Source: a plasmid
Direction: 5' to 3' (one strand)
Sequence record: NZ_CP092205.1
Length of the DNA stretch: 64,000 bases
The position numbers and the translations under genes are program-made. This document shows positions 43,975-55,970 of this stretch, piece by piece. Positions within the stretch are counted from its first letter, which is position 1, and each line of letters begins with the position of its first letter. The notes under the pieces are model-generated. The model saw only the letters and a list, made by a program, of their open reading frames with translations, did no database searches and was not told the origin of the DNA.

Positions 43975-44264
43975 GCTATCTTATTCTTCACATCATAATA
44001 TTTTAAAATAGATTTATAAATCTTTTTGAATACTCCCGCTCGTTCCCATTCTTGAAATCTTCTGTGACAAGTTTGACCCGATCCAAAGTCATTCGGAATT
44101 GCACGCCACTGACAGCCTGTTTTCATTCGATAGATGATACCTGCCATTACGACTCTTGTTGGAACGCGATTGCGACCACCTTTCGGCTTTGACTTCTCTT
44201 TTGGGATCAAAGGGGCTATTTGTTTCCAAAGTCCCTCGGGAATCTCTGAATAATATTTGTCCAT
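43917..44264 (-). CDS. IS5-family transposase OrfA (DUF4096-like)
   Basis: [29 protein letters not shown] motif; overlaps orfB (frameshift). Confidence 0.75.
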   Translation of the reverse strand: MDKYYSEIPEGLWKQIAPLIPKEKSKPKGGRNRVPTRVVMAGIIYRMKTGCQWRAIPNDFGSGQTCHRRFQEWERAGVFKKIYKSILKYYDVKNKIAWDWASMDSAMVKAPKGGV

Positions 44265-44317
44265 TTCACAATTATAGTATTACACTCTCAAAGTACAAGG
44301 AGTTTTGAGACCGGTTC

Positions 44318-46798
<2,481 letters not shown>

Positions 46799-47149
46799 TT
46801 AAAAAACCTCTAAAATCTTTGTTCGGCAAATTCTAGTTAGTTGCAGATTCCCTAATCTCTCTATACAAAACTCAAATAGAAGACTTCACGTTTTGTAACG
46901 TTTTTGCCACTTTTACTTGAACAAATGATTTCTAGGAAATACTTTTTCGTTTTTAAATCGCATTGATGAATGTTTTATATTTTTTAATTATAATATTCAC
47001 TTAATTATTATTATGAATTTCTGTTTAATTTTTTTATTTTATAAAATGATGATATTTCAAATTATAAACATTTGAAATACTAAGAATATTCTATTTACAA
47101 GAAAACGCATTTCATACTTTTGGATGTAATTTATGAATGGTTTTATCCA

Positions 47150-48037
47150 ATGTTATTGAAAAGAAAATTATATATTCTAATTTTTACATGTCTTTTGCAC
47201 ATATCCCCCGCCCTATATTCTTCCGAACTCCTTCTCAAATCGGGGGAAGCTTTTTTAATCGAAGAGGTAAACGAAAACGCAGACGTAGTTAACGTTCGCT
47301 GGAAAGGAAGACAATTTAGAATCCCAAAATCCGAGATTCAAAGAATCGATTATTCTAAAAAAGGACCTGAATCTTCTTACAATTATTCCGAATTCCGGTT
47401 AACGGATGGGAGTTCTATTCGTGGGATTATTGTAGAAACTAAAAAAGACAAATTAGTCTTTCGAACCGAACTAGGATTTGTCGAAATAGAAAAATCTAAA
47501 ATTCAAAACCTAAATGCTAATTTCTTAGAGTCTGAAACGGAATCTCCCGAATTACCTGACAAATATCTCTCCGGAAGATCCGGTGAAAATCTACTCTATG
47601 TAGGCGGAAGTTTGCTAGTCCAAGCAAGTCACGGTAGTTGGCATCGGAACAATCCTGCAGTTGGCGGGGCTGGTTTGTTTATCGAAAAAAGTTTTCTCAA
47701 TCATCCTCTTTGGTTTTTCGGATTTCTTTCCGAGTATTCCGTCGCACCCAACACATTAAATTCTGTTACGCTTTGGAATCAATCCGCGTATTTCGGCAAA
47801 CAATTCGGCGCTTCTGCGCCCTACTTTCTTTTCGGCGGAGGCATAACTTCGGTTCAGTGGAAAGGAGATTCCAAATCGTACAACGGAACTGATCCGGAAC
47901 TTTTAGGAGAATTCGGTTGGGCTTGGGAATTTGGAAACGGCTCGAGGCTCAGGTTAGGACTCAGATCTCAATGTACGATCGAGTCGGGTGATTCTTTTTG
48001 CAGAACCGGCCTGGGTATGAACCGGGAACATAGGTAA
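47150..48037 (+). CDS. secreted hypothetical protein (possible outer-membrane protein)
   Basis: signal peptide MLLKRKLYILIFTCLLHISPALYSS (ORF track start 47120); G/aromatic-rich C-terminal half; stop lies inside a duplicated IS481 end sequence. Confidence 0.45.
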   Translation: MLLKRKLYILIFTCLLHISPALYSSELLLKSGEAFLIEEVNENADVVNVRWKGRQFRIPKSEIQRIDYSKKGPESSYNYSEFRLTDGSSIRGIIVETKKDKLVFRTELGFVEIEKSKIQNLNANFLESETESPELPDKYLSGRSGENLLYVGGSLLVQASHGSWHRNNPAVGGAGLFIEKSFLNHPLWFFGFLSEYSVAPNTLNSVTLWNQSAYFGKQFGASAPYFLFGGGITSVQWKGDSKSYNGTDPELLGEFGWAWEFGNGSRLRLGLRSQCTIESGDSFCRTGLGMNREHR

Positions 48038-48045
48038 CAAAATAG

Positions 48046-49284
48046 ACCAGGAACATAGGTAACACTAAAATTAATGCAAAGGAGGGTTAATCCTTTGCCA
48101 TGGAAAGAGGTGTCACCGATGGACGAGAAAGTAAAATTCATTGCGGCAGTCTGCGACGGAAGTGTTTCAATCACTTCGTTGTGCGAGACGTTTGGAATCA
48201 GTAGAAAGACCGGTTACAAATGGTTGAATCGATATCGACAAGAAGGTCCAAACGGACTTTTAGACAGAAGCAAATCTCCTCATACGAATCCCAATCGAGT
48301 TAGTTTTGCGGAAGAGAGATTCATCCTTGCACTTCGTAAACGACATCCGACTTGGGGACCGAAGAAGCTGCTTGTCATATTAGAAAAGGAGAATCCTGAA
48401 ATCACTTGGCCTTCAGCAAGCACGATCGGCAATATTCTTCAGAAAAGAGGTTTGGTAAAATCTCGAAAGAAGAAGCGAGAGATGATTGCTCGCTCCTTCC
48501 CGTTTCGAGGTTACGATCATCCGAATGCGGTTTGGTGCGCGGATTTCAAAGGAGATTTCAAACTCAAAGATGGAATTCGATGTTACCCTTTGACAATTTC
48601 GGACGGTTACAGTCGATTCTTACTTTGTTGTAAAGGTCTTTCAGGCACAAAAACCTACGATACCAAGAAAGAATTCGAAAGATGTTTTCGAGAATACGGA
48701 TTGCCGAATGCGATTCGAACGGACAATGGCGTCCCGTTTGCGGCGGGATTAGGAATGTCTCTGCTTTCCACTTGGTGGATTAAACTGGGAATTCTTCCTG
48801 AAAGAATTCGTCCCGGTAAACCTCAAGAGAACGGACGACACGAGAGAATGCATCGCACCTTAAAAGCGGAAGCAGTATATCCGATCCGTTCTTCTATGAA
48901 ACAACAACAGAAATCTTTTGATCGATTTAGAGCGGAATACAATTTTGAACGTCCGCATGAAGCATTGGGTCAAAAAACTCCTTCCCAGCTTTACAAACAT
49001 TCAACGAGAATATTTCCGAATCGTATTCCTGAAATACGTTATCCGGATCATTTTGAAATCCGGAAAGTGGATGATGGTTGCTTTTATTGGAAAAATCAAA
49101 GATACTTCATCACGAAGAGTTTAGCCGGGGAAAGAATCGGATTTGAGCCGGTCGAAGACGGCCTTTGGCGAATCTACTTCAGCTTTGTAACAATCGGATA
49201 TTTTGATGAACGAATTCGAAAAGTAACTAGGACTTTAAAAGTGTAACCCATGTCGTTGGTTTAAACTGTTACCTATGTCCCAGG
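48046..49284 (+). mobile_element. second IS481-family insertion sequence (different species from 10268-11592)
   Basis: TIRs ccaggaacataggtaaca / tgttacctatgtcccagg; extra tandem copy of the left TIR at 48021-48039. Confidence 0.7.
48074..49246 (+). CDS. IS481-family DDE transposase
   Basis: 390 aa; NAVWCADFKGDF...IRTDNGVPF...QENGRHERMHRTLK. Confidence 0.85.
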   Translation: MQRRVNPLPWKEVSPMDEKVKFIAAVCDGSVSITSLCETFGISRKTGYKWLNRYRQEGPNGLLDRSKSPHTNPNRVSFAEERFILALRKRHPTWGPKKLLVILEKENPEITWPSASTIGNILQKRGLVKSRKKKREMIARSFPFRGYDHPNAVWCADFKGDFKLKDGIRCYPLTISDGYSRFLLCCKGLSGTKTYDTKKEFERCFREYGLPNAIRTDNGVPFAAGLGMSLLSTWWIKLGILPERIRPGKPQENGRHERMHRTLKAEAVYPIRSSMKQQQKSFDRFRAEYNFERPHEALGQKTPSQLYKHSTRIFPNRIPEIRYPDHFEIRKVDDGCFYWKNQRYFITKSLAGERIGFEPVEDGLWRIYFSFVTIGYFDERIRKVTRTLKV

Positions 49285-49317
49285 ATGTACACTGCGTGTT
49301 TCTTGGGGGCTTTTGTT

Positions 49318-50688
49318 ATGATTTTAATTTATGATATTTTGATATTAGTCCTTACTTTTATCTTTTGCAACTGTCTAAATTCCCCTCTTTCGCACATTCA
49401 AGATGCACAAAATGAAAAGGTTACATTGGCCCTTGTTTCTCAAATTAGGTCCCAATCGGCTACAATCACATGGGAATGTTCCAGTTCCCTTCCCGGTTCT
49501 ATTTTGTATGGAAAGACCGGAATTGAATCCGTTGTTACTAGTTTACAAAATTCTAAAATTCATTCTATGGCACTTCCAAATTTGGAGCCAAATACAGAAT
49601 ATTTCGCTTTTGTTTTTTGTTCTAACAATACGAAAAATCTGCGTGGAATTCCCCTGTCCTTTAAAACTTGGATCAGCGATTTTCCCAATCGAACTCGCGG
49701 GCTTTGGGTTGTGGGTGGAATCGGCGCGGACGCTTCTCCCGTTTCTGAAATTGATTTTTTTGATCCAGTTACTTCCACTTGGTATCCCGCGGCGACTTCG
49801 ATTCCCACGCCTCGCGCTTTTGCAAACATAGTCTCTCACAAAAATAAAATCTATGTTATCGGCGGAATGGAAAAACAAGGAATCAATTACGTTGCCTCTA
49901 AAAAAACCGAAGTCTATGATCCTTACATCAATCAATGGACAACTCTTGCAGATATACCCGTCGCCAACCAAGGAGGAGTCATCGCTTCAGTGGGAGAAGA
50001 AATTTTTATCATCGCGGGAACGACAACTACAGACATGACAACCGGTACGATTTTAAATACGGTTTCTCGTTTTGCTCCTGGAATCGGACAAAACGGCCTT
50101 TGGCAAAGTTATCTTTCTTTAACTGCTATTTTTTCAAGAGTAGACATGTCCGGTTGTGGTCTGAATGGAAATATCTTTTTTACCGGGGGAAGATTTACAA
50201 ACGACGGAACTTCTCAAGCCACATCCGATTCTTATTCCCCTTCAATCAATTCTACTTCCGCCGCTGGGGAACCTTCCATTACAATCGCAAGACATGGCGC
50301 AGGTTCCACTTGTGTAAAACCTTTGAATCATGATCCCTACCCTACCGATCCCGAATGGGTTGCGGTCATCGGAGGATCCACTGGAACAAGTACACTCCAA
50401 CCGATCACATCCATTACTACAACGAACAGAACCGATTTTTTTCAAAACGGAACTCTTGTGTTTACAATTGGTCCGATCCTTCCCGTTTCCGTATATCATC
50501 CGGGAGTCCAAGCTTCGTATGAAACGCGGAAACTGTTCGTTTTTGGGGGAGCGACCGCTCTCAATATCCCGACCGATTCCGTTTATTCCATCGGTCTTCA
50601 AAATCCGATCGCAAGCATTTGGACTCTTGATCCTCAAAAGATGCCGAGGGCTCGTTACGGTCACAAGGCAATTCGAATCGACAGGTAA
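49318..50688 (+). CDS. kelch-repeat beta-propeller lipoprotein with N-terminal FN3-like domain
   Basis: signal/lipobox ...LTFIFCNC; VIGG/IIAG/FTGG/VFGG blade motifs; ORF track start 49285 abuts IS end. Confidence 0.6.
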   Translation: MILIYDILILVLTFIFCNCLNSPLSHIQDAQNEKVTLALVSQIRSQSATITWECSSSLPGSILYGKTGIESVVTSLQNSKIHSMALPNLEPNTEYFAFVFCSNNTKNLRGIPLSFKTWISDFPNRTRGLWVVGGIGADASPVSEIDFFDPVTSTWYPAATSIPTPRAFANIVSHKNKIYVIGGMEKQGINYVASKKTEVYDPYINQWTTLADIPVANQGGVIASVGEEIFIIAGTTTTDMTTGTILNTVSRFAPGIGQNGLWQSYLSLTAIFSRVDMSGCGLNGNIFFTGGRFTNDGTSQATSDSYSPSINSTSAAGEPSITIARHGAGSTCVKPLNHDPYPTDPEWVAVIGGSTGTSTLQPITSITTTNRTDFFQNGTLVFTIGPILPVSVYHPGVQASYETRKLFVFGGATALNIPTDSVYSIGLQNPIASIWTLDPQKMPRARYGHKAIRIDR

Positions 50689-50694
50689 ATTCAT

Positions 50695-51297
50695 ATGATT
50701 TTTTTACAAAAGTTATCCCTTTCCCTACTTTTATTCATTCTTTCTTTTGGCTTACTTTCAGAAGAGAACGTTATAGCTGGAACTCATGAAGACGGCGAAA
50801 GATTCCTCGAAGAAAGTCAATATACCAAAGCCGAGAATCTTGCAATCTCACTTCTCACAAATAATCCTTCGGACCCTAAAGCGGAGTTTATTTTGACAAG
50901 AGCCTGGATTGGAATTGCCAGAGAAGAAAGGAAACGCGGGAATTACGACCGAGCGAAACAGTTTTTTCAAAAAGCGTATCTAAAATGGCCTCTAAACCAG
51001 GAATTGAAAGCAGAAATGGAAAATTTGCGAAAAATGCCGAATCAAACTCGTTTTGGGCAGACTTCTTTCGGAAAATCTTTAGGCCCTCCTAATACCGTGA
51101 TTCTATTAGATTCTGAAATCTATCGGTCGGTACAAAATATTAGGGAAGAACTCAATTCGATTCTTTCGCAAATAAAGACAAATAACGTAGAAAATGATTC
51201 TTCAAAAGACCGAATCTATCAATTTGCATTCATGTTTATCGGGGGCATTTCTCTTTTAAATCTAATCATGAATTTTTTGATTTGGAGAAAGAAATGA
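50695..51297 (+). CDS. secreted TPR-like protein with C-terminal TM anchor
   Basis: signal peptide, helical repeats, hydrophobic C-terminus FAFMFIGGISLLNLIMNFLIW. Confidence 0.45.
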   Translation: MIFLQKLSLSLLLFILSFGLLSEENVIAGTHEDGERFLEESQYTKAENLAISLLTNNPSDPKAEFILTRAWIGIAREERKRGNYDRAKQFFQKAYLKWPLNQELKAEMENLRKMPNQTRFGQTSFGKSLGPPNTVILLDSEIYRSVQNIREELNSILSQIKTNNVENDSSKDRIYQFAFMFIGGISLLNLIMNFLIWRKK

Positions 51298-51298
51298 A

Positions 51299-51496
51299 TT
51301 GGAGAAATTTTCAAAAAAATTAAGCCAGGAGGTCGAATTTTACTTTGTTCTGTTTCAAAAAAGTTTTTTTGTAGATGAAGTCATATCCGAAGGGATTTTA
51401 CGACTTGGAACCGGCTTTGGAGCAAAATTGAGGTCTCTGTCGCAATACGGGCTATTTTCCGTTACAGGAACAATTTTCAGGAATACACCCGCATAG
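51299..51496 (+). CDS. small hypothetical protein
   Basis: 65-aa ORF tightly following previous gene. Confidence 0.3.
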   Translation: MEKFSKKLSQEVEFYFVLFQKSFFVDEVISEGILRLGTGFGAKLRSLSQYGLFSVTGTIFRNTPA

Positions 51497-51508
51497 CGCT
51501 AAACTATA

Positions 51509-51538
51509 TATCCGACGGGCCGTTTTTTTAGTCGGATA
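51509..51538 (+). terminator. possible hairpin after 51299-51496 gene (atypical: T-run in loop)
   Basis: tatccgac-gggccgttttttta-gtcggata. Confidence 0.2.
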
Positions 51539-51698
51539 AAATCCAACTCTACTGTATTCGAAACCGAAACCATTGGCATCCCCTTCCCTATATTTCCTTA
51601 TCCTATCCGAAAATATTCGTAAACATTGTTATTCTCATTTACTTATTAGACTTCTTGTTCGAGGAGGCATCAACTTCGAACAAAAGACAAAGAATAGG

Positions 51699-52826
51699 TC
51701 AAGCCGCCGAGTGAAAATGTATTCGATTCTCCATAAACACGGGCGCTATCACTGATTTTGTTTTATGGTAAAAGTATTCTCTTATATGGTTTTTAAGTTT
51801 TTCGGGAATCGGATCAAAAAATGTTATCTTCTCAAAATTATAATGGATTCTTACGTTTCTAAGTATTTCCAAATCCGGGCGATTTAGTTTTAAGGAAGAG
51901 TAGTCCAAGAATCCCCGAATTGACTCGTCTCTAAATCTAATATTGTGAAAATACTCATATTGAATTTCTGGATTAAATTTTGGTTTTGTGCCGACCGTAT
52001 TTTTAACGATTTCTCCTTCTAACTGCGTTTGCTCACAAACTAATTCAACGTTTGTCTGATTTGTTTCGGAACTTGAATTCTCCGATTTTTCTTCTTTAAA
52101 TTTGATTTTCTGGATTTGAACAATAAGTGGCAATTTTAATTGCTCTTGGAAATACTTTGAAATCACGAGTAAAAGTGAATCGGATACTTCATCCAATAAG
52201 TTCAAAGTTTTGCCGTCTGATTTTACTTTTAACTTGTGCAAAACTCCCCTACTACTTTTAGAAAGAACCTCGTCTGCATAGTTTAAGAACTTTCCCCATT
52301 CAATTCCAGTTTCATCAAAAATAGCAGGTACATAAGTTGGTACAGAAGTCTCTAGGGAAGTACGACTAGGAGGCGGATTATTGTACGGGTCTGCCCCGTA
52401 CCTTTGTCTTTGGGTTAAGTGACCGTCTGCGCTAGGCTTTTGATCGAGACTAGGATTTTTGTACGCTTCTTTTCTTGATTTCGCAAGTTCTATATTCCGT
52501 GTTCTCTCTTCAATAATTGCGAAATACAATTCATCTGATATACGTAAAGTTCGATAGCTTCCATGAAAAGAAGTTTGGTGAACGAGCTTTTCTTTTCGAA
52601 ACTCTCGAATATATTTGGATACGGTCGTTTCAGCCAGATCTACATACATACCTAGTTTTTTATTTTTCGTTATACAGCCGCCGTACTGACTTCTTCCATT
52701 TATATCCAATTCTGCAATCTTCGAAAGAAGATCCTTTTTACTTCTTGCCATTTTCAATACATCAATAGGCCCAGGGCGGTATTTGCCCTGAGTCGGTCTT
52801 TGATATGTTTCCATATTCACGCTCAA
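51699..52826 (-). CDS. putative plasmid/phage replication or maintenance protein with HTH
   Basis: 375 aa; HTH-like DLAETTVSKYIREFRK; located upstream of parA-like partition operon; function inferred from context only. Confidence 0.35.
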   Translation of the reverse strand: MSVNMETYQRPTQGKYRPGPIDVLKMARSKKDLLSKIAELDINGRSQYGGCITKNKKLGMYVDLAETTVSKYIREFRKEKLVHQTSFHGSYRTLRISDELYFAIIEERTRNIELAKSRKEAYKNPSLDQKPSADGHLTQRQRYGADPYNNPPPSRTSLETSVPTYVPAIFDETGIEWGKFLNYADEVLSKSSRGVLHKLKVKSDGKTLNLLDEVSDSLLLVISKYFQEQLKLPLIVQIQKIKFKEEKSENSSSETNQTNVELVCEQTQLEGEIVKNTVGTKPKFNPEIQYEYFHNIRFRDESIRGFLDYSSLKLNRPDLEILRNVRIHYNFEKITFFDPIPEKLKNHIREYFYHKTKSVIAPVFMENRIHFHSAA

Positions 52827-53233
52827 TTTTACCTATGCGGACATAATTCGGGCGCAGCATGGTAAAAGTTTAAATTACCCTACTCTATTCAGAAACGGGG
52901 AGCATAGTTAGGCGTAGAGCCTTTTGGATGGTCCTCGATTCGTTTTCAGACGGCAAAATGTGAGATCAGCCGCGCTTTAGTTATGTCTCCTAAAGCTATT
53001 TCAAATTCGGACTAGAATATGGTACTAAACGATAGTCAAGTAAAATTATGTCACTTTAAGTAAAAAAAGGTAGGAATGCCTGCGAAGTATCTCACCACTT
53101 CGCAGGCTCTTTCTGAAAACGAATCTCGTAAGGAGATTACGTACGACTATAAACCATGTACTTTTTTTTGGTACTCTTTTTTGGAAAAATATTAAAAATA
53201 ATTTTAACTGGAGGATGATCTGAAATGTTGCGA

Positions 53234-53263
53234 TTCAAATGGGAATATGCGTTCCCATTTGAA
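53234..53263. promoter_or_regulatory. 30-bp palindrome ttcaaatgggaatatgcgttcccatttgaa (centromere/operator candidate)
   Basis: near-perfect inverted repeat abutting 3' end of partition operon; second copy at 54719-54748. Confidence 0.45.
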
Positions 53264-53902
53264 TTACAGAAAAAGTTTTAAATCATTTTGAAGATTAGAA
53301 ATGATTTTAGTATGTTTATTATTTTCTTTTTCAATTTCCTCTTCAATAAATCTTCTAATGTAGTCTGCAACAGGCTTCTTCAGGCCTTTTTTTCCTTTGC
53401 TTTTCTTTTTGAATAAATGATATAGCTTCTTTGCTTTCGTATAATTATATTCAAGTGGATTTACTTCTTTTTCAAGTCGCTTTTCTACATCTGGGTCCGG
53501 TAATCCTTTTGTGGCTATCCTGATATCATTAATCGCTTCCTGAATAGTCTTAGCATCTTTGCTGATAAATTGCTGAAATTGATAAATTCTTAAATAATTA
53601 CTTGCGGCACGTCTATCGAAACCTAAGTAGGCCTTATTTTTTTCGATATAATCAATGAAACCTCCGTGACCAATGGAAATTTTAGTGTTATATAATTGTT
53701 CGCCAAATTCAATTGATGCGGAAATGGTCCTTCTGTGAGCGTTAAGCAATGATTTAAAAAAATCTCTAAGTTTTTCAAGCTGCGGGTCAATTGACTTAAC
53801 ATCATTATTTGTTAAAGGGTTCGTTAACTGTTCTACATCCTTATTCTTTTTTAAGGATGCTTTAACTAGTTCTCTTCTGCTTAGTTTATTTTTTTCTGCC
53901 AT
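53264..53902 (-). CDS. DUF3102-like partition partner protein (ParB/ParG-role candidate)
   Basis: 212 aa; ISIGHGGFIDYIEKNKAYLGFDRRAASNYLRIYQ resembles DUF3102 signature; overlaps parA by 17 nt. Confidence 0.5.
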   Translation of the reverse strand: MAEKNKLSRRELVKASLKKNKDVEQLTNPLTNNDVKSIDPQLEKLRDFFKSLLNAHRRTISASIEFGEQLYNTKISIGHGGFIDYIEKNKAYLGFDRRAASNYLRIYQFQQFISKDAKTIQEAINDIRIATKGLPDPDVEKRLEKEVNPLEYNYTKAKKLYHLFKKKSKGKKGLKKPVADYIRRFIEEEIEKENNKHTKIISNLQNDLKLFL

Positions 53903-54641
53903 TGGAAACCTCGTTAGCTAAAATTAAAAAACGATTAAATGCAGAGTGTTTTTTCGGGTTTAAAAATTCACCTAAATTTGACGCTGTATGGACGGTGTTG
54001 TCATTAATATTCGCAAATTTACTAACGTTTAATCCGTTATATTCGCAAACTTCAATTAGCTCCTCTATTTTATTTTTAGGGATTCTTGAGGGAACCACGG
54101 TGAAGTTGATTTTTTTCTTTAAAGCTGCTTCTGTTTCTTTGAAAATTTTTAGCATGTCATCTGTGCCGTCAAAACTCCATGCTCCATATTCGATGGGAGA
54201 AATTACGTGATCTGCGCTATGAAGGGCAGCTAATAGAACTACGTTTACGACGTTATGGAGATCTAATAGGATAAAATCGTAGTCTAATTTCCTTAGCAAT
54301 TTTTCAAATCTGAATTTAAGTCTTGGGTCGTCATAAAATTCTAAATCAACTTTTTTAAGTCTTTCGACGGCAGGAATAAAGTCGATTCCATGTCCAGTTT
54401 TGAAAATGTAATTTTCGTAACTTTCAGCATCCATAAGCATATTGAAGGAGTTTTTGTAAATGGCCTCCCGCTCGTCTATTTTGAAATGAGAGAACATGAA
54501 TTTGCTGAGACTTCGATTGAAATCAAAGTCAATGGCCAGAACTTTGTTTCCTAGATGAGATAGGGTTTGCCCTAAGTATATAGTATTTGTGGTTTTGCCC
54601 ACACCACCTTTCCCCGAACAAATTGGTATAATTTTCATCAA
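53886..54641 (-). CDS. parA: ParA/Soj-family partition ATPase
   Basis: deviant Walker A CSGKGGVGKTT; 251 aa. Confidence 0.85.
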   Translation of the reverse strand: MMKIIPICSGKGGVGKTTNTIYLGQTLSHLGNKVLAIDFDFNRSLSKFMFSHFKIDEREAIYKNSFNMLMDAESYENYIFKTGHGIDFIPAVERLKKVDLEFYDDPRLKFRFEKLLRKLDYDFILLDLHNVVNVVLLAALHSADHVISPIEYGAWSFDGTDDMLKIFKETEAALKKKINFTVVPSRIPKNKIEELIEVCEYNGLNVSKFANINDNTVHTASNLGEFLNPKKHSAFNRFLILANEVSNGRKK

Positions 54642-54718
54642 TTAGAAAGAGTAAAAAACGAAGAAATTTGAGAAAGCGCAAAAATAAAAAACTGGAAAAT
54701 TTTAGGAATATTTTTCCA

Positions 54719-54748
54719 TTTCAAATGGGAATGCGCATTCCCATTTGA
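54719..54748. promoter_or_regulatory. perfect 30-bp palindrome ttcaaatgggaatgcgcattcccatttgaa upstream of parA (parS/operator candidate)
   Basis: perfect inverted repeat 78 bp upstream of parA start; sister site at 53234-53263. Confidence 0.5.
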
Positions 54749-55615
54749 ATATGATGAAAGATTAAGTTTTCAATAGGTGGCTAAATCTAAATATTTAAGC
54801 TTTTGAACAGTTAATAAAATAACTAAAATTAAACAAAAAAACTATAAGCTAAATATATTTCAATTGAATCAAAATATTACGGAACTGGTTTTGAACTGAT
54901 ATTTAAGAAGGCGTTATAAAGTATTTCCTTTCAAAAAGGATGCTTAGCAGGAGCCAAGGGATCGAAAAGGTACTAACTGAATATTTTTTAAGGGACATAA
55001 TACTAAGAGCCGGTCTCAAAATCTAAAAATGGTACACTCATACAAAGAAAAATCCTTTAAAAAAAACGTTTGGATTTACCGGTAAAGGGTAGCTTTTGCG
55101 GGGACTCCCACTTGAATTCCGGCAGATCGTTATTTAAGAGAGGGCCGTAGCCCGGAAAGGAAATGGAAGCTACACTGATTGTTTTTTGCGGGATTTTCTT
55201 GGTTGGCGGGGTAGGGTGTTCATCCTTCCAAAAAACGAACCGATCAGAATATCCTGAAAAGCTTAAATAACGTGAGTTCGGCGGTTGAGAATGAGAAAGA
55301 ATTTTCTAAATTCTAAAGGAGAGAAATTCCTAACAATTTTAGAATTTGTTCGCAAAATCGTGACTTACGGTAGTTCCCGCATTTTAAGAATAGATTTACA
55401 AAGTCCAAGTTCGGCTTTTTTCAGAAAAATGAATCAAATATTCTTACATCGAACTCACGTTAACCGGGATATTTTGAATCGCATAACGAAAGTCTTTTTC
55501 CGGGTGTTGAAAAATCGATGCTTTTGTGATATTTTATTTGACGTGCATCACAAAAGAAAACAAAATCGTCATTGATTGAGTATTTTCTTTTAAAATTCAA
55601 TAAAGGAATCAACTC

Positions 55616-55888
55616 TTGGAAAATTTGCTTTCTCCGAATTCTTCTCTTTCCGTTTCGAGTGCAATCTCCCTGCCGGATTCTTCCCCTATTGAAAAACTCC
55701 TCACTGAGTATCGTTTCCTGAAAAGTCCACCGGAATCCTCTACGTATAAGAGTTCTCGGATTACGGGACTTACGGTTGAAATAGGGGAGGTGGCAATCTT
55801 TAGGGATAGAGGATTTCTTTTCTACTTCACGGATTCAATGGAGCGGTTCCGTGAGATATTGGCGGCTCTCTCGGTGCCTGGGATTTGA
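55616..55888 (+). CDS. hypothetical protein
   Basis: 90-aa ORF. Confidence 0.3.
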   Translation: MENLLSPNSSLSVSSAISLPDSSPIEKLLTEYRFLKSPPESSTYKSSRITGLTVEIGEVAIFRDRGFLFYFTDSMERFREILAALSVPGI

Positions 55889-55970
55889 GAACAGATTTGG
55901 GAATCCAAGCTCCGTTTTCGTGTTTTGAAGTGGTATCCGATTTATTTCGAAACGAGAAGAGCGCAAGTGT

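Larger units (their letters stand above)
43453..44317 (-). mobile_element. IS5-family (IS1031/IS427-like) insertion sequence, copy B, inserted in rhs/tc gene
   Basis: perfect 17/18-bp TIRs gaaccggtctcaaaact / agttttgagaccggttc; 3-bp TAA direct repeats at 43450-43452 and 44318-44320. Confidence 0.8.

Noticed and set aside
46801-47119. Very AT-rich 320-bp intergenic region between divergent rhs and 47150 genes
   Set aside because: Likely a promoter region, but no single -35/-10 pair could be singled out with confidence.
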